NCBI GenBank assembly: GCA_050173015.1
Contig: JBFXLE010000013.1
Location: forward strand, 38,263 to 102,262
Length of the DNA stretch: 64,000 nucleotides
DNA from: Calditrichaceae bacterium
GTDB taxonomy: Bacteria; Calditrichota; Calditrichia; Calditrichales; JBFXGD01
Reading direction: 5' to 3'
In this document: piece after piece, positions 39,276-47,902 of the stretch
Position numbering within the stretch: the first letter of the stretch is position 1
Layout of the letters: the number at the start of each line of letters is the position of its first letter
The notes under the pieces: generated by a model
Told to the model about the DNA's origin: nothing
The model's input: the letters and a program-made list of their open reading frames with translations, nothing else
Databases searched by the model: none
Made by a program: the position numbers and the translations under genes

Positions 39276-40848
39276 TCTACTAAGGTTTGTGAAGACAACA
39301 ATAAGGTTTGATATACGGTAGGCTGTCCCCAGATAAACCTTATTTTAATTTTTTTAACCTTAGTAGAACAGTAGATTCCCCATCATGTTATACCTTATTA
39401 AAATGTTTTGATTTTGTTTTCAAATTTGATTTTTCATGTTTGTGTTTTTAATAAGGTAATAAGGTTAAGATTGAGTTGTGCTTTGTATTTCTACTAAGGT
39501 TTTGGAAGACAAAAATAAGGTTTAAATCACGCGGGCGGTCCTGAAAGAAACCTTATTTTTTTTAACCTTAGTAGAACAGTAGATTCCCCATCATGTTATA
39601 CCTTATTAAAATGTTTTGAGTTTGTGTTCAAATTTGATTTTTCATGTTAGTGTTTTTAATAAGGTAATAAGGTTAAGATTGAGTTGTGCTTTGTATTTCT
39701 ACTAAGGTTTGTGAAGACAACAATAAGGTTTGATATACGGTAGGCTGTCTTGAAATAAACCTTATTTTATTTTTTTTTAACCTTAGTAGACAGTAGATTC
39801 CCCATCATGTTATACCTTATTAAAATTTTTTGAGTTTGTGTTCAAATTTGATTTCTCATGTTTGTGTTTTTAATAAGGTAATAAGGTTAAGATTGAGTTG
39901 TGTTTTGTATTTCTAATAAGGTTTTGGAAGACAAAAATAAGGTTTAAATCACGCGGGCGGTCCTGAAATAAACCTTATTTTATTTTTTTTTAACCTTAGT
40001 AGACAGTAGATTCCCCATCATGTTATACCTTATTAAAATTTTTTGAGTTTGTGTTCAAATTTGATTTCTCATGTTTGTGTTTTTAATAAGGTAATAAGGT
40101 TAAGATTGAGTTGTGCTTTGTATTTCTACTAAGGTTTTGGAAGACAAAAATAAGGTTTAAATTACGGTAGGTTGTCCTGAAAAAACCTTATTTTATTCTC
40201 AGTTAACCTAAGTAGAAAAATAGATTCACAATAATTTTACACCTTATTAAAATGTTTTGATTTTGCGTTCAAATTTGATTTTTCATGTTTGTGTTTTTAA
40301 TAAGGTAATAAGGTTAAGATTGAGTTGTGCTTTGTATTTCTACTAAGGTTTTGTAAGACAAAAATAAGGTTTAAATCACGCGGGCGGTCCTGAAAGAAAC
40401 CTTATTTTTTTTTAACCTTAGTAGAACAGTAGATTCCCCATCATGTTATACCTTATTATAATGTTTTGAGTTTGTGTTCAAATTTGATTTTTCATGTTAG
40501 TGTTTTTAATAAGGTAATAAGGTTAAGATTGAGTTGTGTTTTGTTAATCTACTAAGGTTTTGGAAGACAAAAATAAGTTTTAAATTACGGTAGGTTGTCC
40601 TGAAAAAACCTTATTTTATTCTCAGTTAACCTAAGTAGAAAAATAGATTCACAATAATTTTATACCTTATTAAAATGTTTTGATTTTGTTTTCAAATTTG
40701 ATTTTTCATGTTTGTGTTTTTAATAAGGTAATAAGGTTAAGATTGAGTTGTGCTTTGTATTTCTACTAAGGTTTTGGAAGACAAAAATAAGGTTTAAATC
40801 ACGCGGGCGGTCCTGAAAGAAACCTTATTTTTTTTTAACCTTAGTAGA
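39276..40848. repeat. Tandem array of seven full and one partial 208-214-bp units built from inverted repeats
   Basis: Units start at 39276, 39490, 39698, 39912, 40125, 40339, 40548 and 40762 (TCTACTAAGG or variant); no ORF of 60 aa or more in the track. Confidence 0.97.
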
Positions 40849-40896
40849 AAAAGAATTTCCCAAATGCCCCCTTCCCTCCGGACAGGATGATCATAA

Positions 40897-42159
40897 TTAA
40901 TGGGATTCCTCGCCCCGGGAAAGACGAAGAAAAGGATAGATTAGCAGAAAAAGAACGCCGGCGAACATCAATCCGCCTCCGATTCCGGTAAGATCTATCA
41001 CCAGGCCTAAGACAGGGGCAAATATGGCGACCAGCAGGGTTTCCATCTGTGATTCCACGGAGAGGCCGGAGGCCATGACATCCTGTGAGATCAGTTCACT
41101 CAGATAGCTCACCGCCAGAGGCCGGCGAATGTTTTGAATCAGATAAAGGCTGATGAAGGCGATCACCGCCGGGATTGAATATTCCAGTTTCAATAAAACA
41201 CCTGAAATACCGATGCCTGTCACCCCTATCAGATAGGCGACATCGATGGAGTGCGGCAGATTTTTTAACCGCGCTTCCAGTTTCCAGGCATTACGGGCGG
41301 CATAGGATGTCATTAGAAAAATCAGAAAATATGTGAAGCCGATTACGATTGCCGACCTTTTTTGGGATTCAAACGCAACAAGTAGCGGTAAGGTAAGCGC
41401 CATGGTCTCAAGGACCGGCTGAATGTAATCTTTTGTGCTTTTAAACAGAGCAATATAAGCGGACGCGCTGAAAATCGCCCTCATGGAATTCACTGATTTA
41501 AAAATTTGCAAAAATGACCGCCATATCGCCGAGATTTCATTCCCGAGTGAAGGGAGAATCGAACGGCTTTTATCCTCCTTTGGACGTTTGTTTAAGGAAG
41601 ATGGGTATGTGCTGATCAGGATTAGATCAAGCAGATAGGGGATGGTTGTAATCAGAAATACTTCACGATAGTTTCCGGTTAGAAATACAATGACCATCGC
41701 TGACAGCGAACTAAGCGCCGATCCGATTTGCGACCATGAGCGGGTGCTTCCGTAATAACGGGTTTTGAATTGAACCAGGTTGTTTTGTTTAAGATAATCC
41801 AGAATCATCGCTTTGTGCGTCCCGGTGCGAAAGGCTTCGCCGATACCGAATGCGATCATCGCGAATGCATATAATCCGAAATCATGCGCTAAATAAAAAA
41901 CCGCGAATGAGATAATGTAGGAAAACATTGAAAACATCAGAGCGCTTTTTCTGCCGAAGGCGTCGGCCATTATGCCGGAAGGGATTTCAAAAATATTGAT
42001 GGTTACCTGACGAATGGAGTAGAGGGTTCCTATCTGAAGGTAGCTAATCCCGGATTCACGCAAAAAGAGAAGAAAGAAAATATCAAAAAAACGAAGATTT
42101 TTTAGAAATCCATACGCGCAAAATTTGTAGTATTGCAATGAGACAGGCATGCTTTGCAT
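40897..42159 (-). CDS. MFS transporter
   Basis: FEIPSGIMADAFGRK motif-A-like loop, GEAFRTGT; about 12 hydrophobic segments. Confidence 0.9.
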   Translation of the reverse strand: MQSMPVSLQYYKFCAYGFLKNLRFFDIFFLLFLRESGISYLQIGTLYSIRQVTINIFEIPSGIMADAFGRKSALMFSMFSYIISFAVFYLAHDFGLYAFAMIAFGIGEAFRTGTHKAMILDYLKQNNLVQFKTRYYGSTRSWSQIGSALSSLSAMVIVFLTGNYREVFLITTIPYLLDLILISTYPSSLNKRPKEDKSRSILPSLGNEISAIWRSFLQIFKSVNSMRAIFSASAYIALFKSTKDYIQPVLETMALTLPLLVAFESQKRSAIVIGFTYFLIFLMTSYAARNAWKLEARLKNLPHSIDVAYLIGVTGIGISGVLLKLEYSIPAVIAFISLYLIQNIRRPLAVSYLSELISQDVMASGLSVESQMETLLVAIFAPVLGLVIDLTGIGGGLMFAGVLFLLIYPFLRLSRGEESH

Positions 42160-42375
42160 TTATAGCGCTTTCTTATTGTTAGGATGTATAATTTATAAAA
42201 CCTGCAGGTCTTTATAAAAGAAAAATTTAATAAACTCCGGTTTTTTAGATATGATTTGGGATATTTGATTTATCAAACCGCTTGCCTTGAAAACAAAACT
42301 AAACTAAATTAAAATAGTAGTTTAATAATCAGAAATTTATATAGAATTTTTAAAATTTCAGAAACGGAGAAAGAA

Positions 42376-43821
42376 TTGAATCAGGTACTACGTTTTGCTC
42401 CAAGCCCGACGGGATACTTACATGTGGGTGGAGCGAGAACGGCTATTTTTAACTGGCTTTCGGCAAGAAAATCCGACGGTAAATTTCTACTTCGGATTGA
42501 AGATACAGACCGGGAACGATCTACAGACGAATCAATACAGCAAATTCTCGATAGTCTCAAATGGCTGGGAATTGACTGGGACGGTGAAGTGCAATACCAA
42601 GGCCGCCGGGAGGAAAGGCACAAAGAGGTGGTTGGTGAATTATTGGAAAGCGGCCATGCTTACCGTTGTTTCTGCAGTAAAAAGGTCCTGGATGAAAAGC
42701 GGTCACTGGCGCGAAAAGAAAAACAAATTTACCGCTACGACGGCTCGTGCCGGAATTTGTCCGACAAAGAAATTCAAAATAAACTGAAAGACGGAGAATC
42801 CTATTCGGTCAGACTAAAAATCCCTGCCGGAGAAGTGGTTTTTCAGGATCTGGTTCATGGTGAAAACCGGGTTCAGAATGAGACTCTTGATGACTTTATT
42901 ATACTGAGGTCGGATGGTACTCCCGTGTATCAGCTCGCGGTTGTCGCGGATGATCATGATATGGGTGTGACCAAAGTTCTGCGGGGTGATGATCATCTCT
43001 CAAATACCCCGAAGCAGATTTTATTGTATAAAGCAATGGGTTGGGAAATACCTGAATTTGGTCACGTTCCGCTGATCCTGGGGCCCGATAAGGTGCGTTT
43101 ATCAAAGAGACACGGCGCCACTTCCGTTGAAGAATTCAGGAAAGACGGTATTTTCCCGGAGTCCTTGTTTAATTTCCTTTGCTTGCTCGGATGGTCGCCC
43201 GGAGATGATACCGAAATTATGGACAGGGATGAATTAATAAAAAGATTTGACGAGGCGCGAATCAATAAAAAGTCAGCGGTGTTTGATATTACCAAATTGT
43301 ACTGGATGAACGGTAAATATTTATCAAATATGTCGGTCGCGGAAGTCTTGCCAGAAGTCAAACGAAGACTGAAAAAAGCGGATATCGCTATTGCCGAATC
43401 CGATAATAAACGATTTGAGCTGCTGGTTGAGCTGCAAAAAGACCGTGTGCGAACCATTTCGGAGCTGATTGATTCACTTTGTGTGTATTTTGAAGATCCA
43501 AAAGAATTTGACGAAAAAGGCGCGCGGAAACATTTCTTAAGGGATGGTACACTGGAATTGATGATGTCATTAAACAGGGAACTTTCCGAATCGGAGTCCG
43601 CGATATTTGACGATACGGTTGAGCCTGAAAATTTCATCCGTAATTTTGCGGAAGAAAAAAATGTTTCAGCCGCAAAAATTATACATCCGTTACGATTAGC
43701 CCTGACGGGTAAAACAGTCAGTCCGGGAATATTTGAACTGGTTTATATTCTCGGGAAAAATAATGTATTGAAACGATTAGAGAAAGCTATCGGGTATATC
43801 CGGCAAATCCAAGATGAGTAA
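42376..43821 (+). CDS. gltX: Glutamate--tRNA ligase
   Basis: RFAPSPTGYLHVGG, LRIEDTD, RGDDHLSNT, RLSKRHG; TTG start. Confidence 0.97.
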   Translation: MNQVLRFAPSPTGYLHVGGARTAIFNWLSARKSDGKFLLRIEDTDRERSTDESIQQILDSLKWLGIDWDGEVQYQGRREERHKEVVGELLESGHAYRCFCSKKVLDEKRSLARKEKQIYRYDGSCRNLSDKEIQNKLKDGESYSVRLKIPAGEVVFQDLVHGENRVQNETLDDFIILRSDGTPVYQLAVVADDHDMGVTKVLRGDDHLSNTPKQILLYKAMGWEIPEFGHVPLILGPDKVRLSKRHGATSVEEFRKDGIFPESLFNFLCLLGWSPGDDTEIMDRDELIKRFDEARINKKSAVFDITKLYWMNGKYLSNMSVAEVLPEVKRRLKKADIAIAESDNKRFELLVELQKDRVRTISELIDSLCVYFEDPKEFDEKGARKHFLRDGTLELMMSLNRELSESESAIFDDTVEPENFIRNFAEEKNVSAAKIIHPLRLALTGKTVSPGIFELVYILGKNNVLKRLEKAIGYIRQIQDE

Positions 43822-45262
43822 ATCAATATTAAACATTCTTTGTTTTGAAAAATCACCGTCTCTTTCGAAAATTGCCGGAGCGGTCTTTAATTCAGTCCCC
43901 AAAAAAATTGAACGTACTTCATCATTAAATAAATTTACCAAATTAGTTACCGGGAAAAAATATCATATTGTAATGGTTGGATACGAATTTAGCGAGCTTT
44001 TAAGAAGCCCGGATGAATTTTTAACCACTAATTTGATGGATACGCATCTGATCCTGGTCTTAGGAGAATTTCCCGGGAAAGACGATTTTATTCAGCATCC
44101 GCAAAAGTATATTGTAACGGAAGATTCGATGTCATCAAAATTACCTGTGCTTCTGGGCGATGTTTATCACTCCCTTCAGACAAAGCAATTAGACAGGACA
44201 TCGGATGCTGAAGTTTTAAAGGAGTCTTTTTCGGCACTTGAAAATTTTGTTGCAATTGTTGATAACGATGCGGATATTTTATTTCTGAACCGGGCCGCGG
44301 AAAACCTCCTGAAAATTACTGATGAGATATATACTGAAACTTCACTTTTGGATTATTTGGTTGACGGTGAAAAAATCTGGAAATACTTTATTGAGATTTT
44401 AAGTGAACCCGGAGCCCGGATCAGAGATCACCAATTACGATTTCGGGACGCCGGAAATCATGAGATTGAAGGAATTGTCTCTGTCGCGCCCATCAAGGCC
44501 GCGGAGACGCTTTATCTGGTAAGTTCAAATAAACCGGATGAAGTGAAAGGATCCGAGTTAATCAGCACGGAGTACAAAATATTGGAAAAATTCGCGGATT
44601 CCATCGCGAATGAATTGATCAACCCCGTAAATATCATGTCCGGGCGGCTTCAGCTCCTCCAGAGGGAGAATGTTGATCAGAAACAAATGGATAAGAATAT
44701 TATTACTTTGAATTCTCAGCTTTACAGAATAAATGATATTATCACCAAGTTAATCAGTTTCGCGCGATTAAAACAGGACTCGATTCCGCAGAGGGTCAAT
44801 ATTAATGAAATTCTGCAGAATCTGCTGTTGGCGCCGGAGGTAATAAAATCAGAAAAGTTGATCAGTTTCAAATTTGATAGAAATATTCCCGCGCTGGCAG
44901 GACAGATCTCGCATTTTGAAATTATGATGCGAACTCTGGTCGGACTGGGACTTAAATATTTGAAATCAGAGGGAAAGCTGGAAATAGTTACAGAACTTCA
45001 GAAAAACAACACCGGTGAAGACCGGATCGGGCTGCATTTTCGGCTAAAATATGATAAAGAAATTAATTATAAAGAAATGAGTTTTTGTGCTTTCTTTGGA
45101 ACGGACAGTTCAGGAGCTAAAACCAAATCGATTGATTTAACCGTCATTGAACATATATTAAATCATTACAATAGCAAAATTAATATAGAGCAGTTAGATA
45201 AATCTATAGAAATACTCACCATATTATTTCCTGTACCGGGGAATATTCATGCGGAGGCTTGA
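43814..45262 (+). CDS. PAS-containing degenerate histidine-kinase-like protein
   Basis: PAS-like IVDNDADILFLNRAAENLL; H-box-like SIANELINP with Asn in place of His; eroded HATPase boxes. Confidence 0.7.
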   Translation: MSKSILNILCFEKSPSLSKIAGAVFNSVPKKIERTSSLNKFTKLVTGKKYHIVMVGYEFSELLRSPDEFLTTNLMDTHLILVLGEFPGKDDFIQHPQKYIVTEDSMSSKLPVLLGDVYHSLQTKQLDRTSDAEVLKESFSALENFVAIVDNDADILFLNRAAENLLKITDEIYTETSLLDYLVDGEKIWKYFIEILSEPGARIRDHQLRFRDAGNHEIEGIVSVAPIKAAETLYLVSSNKPDEVKGSELISTEYKILEKFADSIANELINPVNIMSGRLQLLQRENVDQKQMDKNIITLNSQLYRINDIITKLISFARLKQDSIPQRVNINEILQNLLLAPEVIKSEKLISFKFDRNIPALAGQISHFEIMMRTLVGLGLKYLKSEGKLEIVTELQKNNTGEDRIGLHFRLKYDKEINYKEMSFCAFFGTDSSGAKTKSIDLTVIEHILNHYNSKINIEQLDKSIEILTILFPVPGNIHAEA

Positions 45263-46617
45263 TGAAAACCAGGTTATTGATTGTCGATGATGAAATTGAT
45301 GCTCTTGAGTTAATGGAAGAACTCTTTGAAAGCAAAGGATATGAAGCAGCAACCGCCACAAACGGGTTGGAAGCTCTTGCCTGTATTAAAGAAGATGAAC
45401 CGGATATTATCCTGACGGATATCCGGATGCCCGAAATGGACGGAATGCAGTTTTTACAGGTTTTGAATAAAGAATACCCGAACATTCCCGTCATCATGGT
45501 CACGGCGCACGGAACCATTGAGACCGCTGTCGAGGCGATGAAAATGGGCGCGAGAGATTATATTCTGAAGCCATTGCGACTTGACGAGATTCTGGCGAAA
45601 GTAGAACGAATTTCTCAGTTGAGCTCACTCCTTAAAGAGAATGAATATCTGCTAAATAAACTTCAACAGAAATATGATTTTACAAATATGATCGGGAAAA
45701 CCGATAAAATTAAAGAATTGTTCCGGCTTGTCACGGATGTGGCGCAAACAAACACGACGGTTCTGATAAGGGGAGAAAGCGGAACGGGAAAAGAATTGAT
45801 CGCAAACGCCATTCACTATAATAGTCTCAGATTTAAAAGACCGTTTGTGAAAATTAACTGCGGCGTTCTCGCGGAGAGTCTTTTGGAAAGTGAACTCTTC
45901 GGTCATGTGCGGGGAGCTTTTACAGGCGCGATAAAGGATAAAATAGGACGGTTTGAGCTTGCCAATGGCGGGACACTGTTCCTGGATGAGATCGGAGATA
46001 TTTCCCTGAATATGCAACTTAAATTACTGCGTGTGATACAGGAGGGAGAATTTGAGCGTGTGGGAGGCACCGAGACGATTAAGGTTGATGTAAGAATTGT
46101 GGCGGCAACCAATAAAAATCTTGAAAAAGCTATGGAAGAAGGAACATTCCGGCATGATTTATATTATCGGTTAAACGTCATTCCCATCGAAGTCCCGCCG
46201 TTGAAAGAGCGGCGCGAAGATATTAAATACCTGATTTACCATTTCATGGAAAAATTCAATAAAATCTATGGCAAAAAAATCAGGGATATTGATCCAAAGG
46301 TATTGAAACTTCTTGAAAACTATGATTATCCGGGTAATATCCGTGAACTCGAAAATTTAATTGAGCGTATTGTTGTCCTGAATAAATCAAATATGCTAAA
46401 AATGGATGATCTGCCTCCATATATTACGGAATTACAGAAGGATGTTGTCCAGCACGATCTGAATGGAGGATTATCCAATCTGGTCGATGATTTTGAAAGA
46501 AGTATGATTCTTGACGCTCTCGAAAAAAATAATTTCAATAAATTTCAGACAGCCAAAATGCTCAAAATAAATCGAAGTACATTTATGTCAAAACTTAAGA
46601 AATACAATATTACATAA
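45262..46617 (+). CDS. NtrC/AtoC-family sigma54-dependent response regulator
   Basis: LIVDD, LTDIRMP, GESGTGKE, ESELFGH, GAFTGA, LFLDEIG, PGNIREL, Fis-type HTH. Confidence 0.96.
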   Translation: MKTRLLIVDDEIDALELMEELFESKGYEAATATNGLEALACIKEDEPDIILTDIRMPEMDGMQFLQVLNKEYPNIPVIMVTAHGTIETAVEAMKMGARDYILKPLRLDEILAKVERISQLSSLLKENEYLLNKLQQKYDFTNMIGKTDKIKELFRLVTDVAQTNTTVLIRGESGTGKELIANAIHYNSLRFKRPFVKINCGVLAESLLESELFGHVRGAFTGAIKDKIGRFELANGGTLFLDEIGDISLNMQLKLLRVIQEGEFERVGGTETIKVDVRIVAATNKNLEKAMEEGTFRHDLYYRLNVIPIEVPPLKERREDIKYLIYHFMEKFNKIYGKKIRDIDPKVLKLLENYDYPGNIRELENLIERIVVLNKSNMLKMDDLPPYITELQKDVVQHDLNGGLSNLVDDFERSMILDALEKNNFNKFQTAKMLKINRSTFMSKLKKYNIT

Positions 46618-46869
46618 AACCCGGCTTGTCGCCATACCGGAGAAATTCCCGTAACATAAACCGAAATGGATTGAAGTCATCGAATTTTAGCAACGATCCG
46701 GGAACATCTTTGCATAGCTCAAAGAAAAATTTATAACGTCAATATGTAAAAGGCTCAAAATTTTTCCGGCCTTCCTGACTTCCAAATTTTTAAAACTTTC
46801 AGAAAAATTATTGTGACAAACGTTAATATTGAATTAAATTACACATTAATATTAATTGGAGGGTGAATA

Positions 46870-47760
46870 ATGAATATTGACAGAATTTTAATGCCCACCG
46901 ATTTTTCGGAAACAGCGAATCACGCGCTCGACCAGGCAATATATCTCGCGGTGGAACATGACGCGGAATTAGTCGTTTTGCATGCCCGTGTTATGTACGA
47001 AGATGATCCTTCAAAAATTGCCAGCAAAATGCTGGATATCGAAGAGATAGAAAATAAGATTAAAAATGAGATACAGGTCAAATTACAAAAGTATAAAAAT
47101 ATTCGCTTTAAACACAGCATTGTGAAGGGGTACTCCGCGCCGTCGGCAATCCTGGGATATTTAAATGATAATCCGTTTGACCTTGTTGTTATTGGCACAC
47201 ATGGAAGAACGGGTATTGGACACTTTTTAATCGGCAGTGTCGCCGAAAAAATTGTACGTTACGCGCCCTGTCCGGTACTGACAATTAACAGGAATTTTAT
47301 ATTTGACAGAGCGTTTACAAGGATGCTTGTTCCCTTTGATTTTAGCGATCATGCGAGACTGGCTCTGGAAACCGCTATTGCCTTTACCACATCACGAAAC
47401 GCGGAACTGGATTTGCTTTATGTGGTTGATAAAGATGTGCATCCCGCTTTATACGCCTGGGGGATGAAATCGATTTTTGATGTCATCCCGGATATTAGGG
47501 ATAAAGCTAAAAAAAGAATGGATGAAGTTCTCTCGGAGATTAAAAATTCTAAAAAGGTTAAAATTAATAAACGAGTTGTGGAAGGAATCCCTTCAAAAGA
47601 AATAGCCAAATTTGTTAATGAAAATGATATCGATCTGATTATCATGGCAACACACGGACTGGTCGGCCTTGACCGGTTCCTGCTTGGAAGTACCACTGAG
47701 AAAGTAATCAGATCGGTGGATCGGCCGATTCTGAGTCTCAAATTAAAAAAGATCATTTAA
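46870..47760 (+). CDS. Tandem-domain universal stress protein
   Basis: Two USP domains: PTDFS...GTHGRTG...GSVAEKIVR and PFDFS...ATHG...GSTTEKVIR. Confidence 0.93.
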   Translation: MNIDRILMPTDFSETANHALDQAIYLAVEHDAELVVLHARVMYEDDPSKIASKMLDIEEIENKIKNEIQVKLQKYKNIRFKHSIVKGYSAPSAILGYLNDNPFDLVVIGTHGRTGIGHFLIGSVAEKIVRYAPCPVLTINRNFIFDRAFTRMLVPFDFSDHARLALETAIAFTTSRNAELDLLYVVDKDVHPALYAWGMKSIFDVIPDIRDKAKKRMDEVLSEIKNSKKVKINKRVVEGIPSKEIAKFVNENDIDLIIMATHGLVGLDRFLLGSTTEKVIRSVDRPILSLKLKKII

Positions 47761-47821
47761 TCAGCCGAAAATTTGACCTTAATCTTCCCGGAAAACAAAT
47801 TTCCGCAAAATGAATATTCAG

Positions 47822-47851
47822 AAATCCGGCACTTCGCCGGCCGGATTTTTT
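47822..47851 (+). terminator. Intrinsic terminator
   Basis: AAATCCGGC-N9-GCCGGATTTTTT. Confidence 0.65.
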
Positions 47852-47902
47852 ATCAACAGAATCCCTTTTATTGTAAATTATTTAGAGGTCTGGAAAAGCT
47901 AT

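Noticed and set aside
39276-40848. CRISPR array interpretation of the tandem repeat
   Set aside because: The constant part is about 190 bp, the variable loops recur and are homologous to each other, and there is no cas gene or leader in the window.
46698-46714. Possible sigma54 site (GG-N10-GC) upstream of the USP gene
   Set aside because: The -24 element matches TGGCAC poorly; too weak to call.
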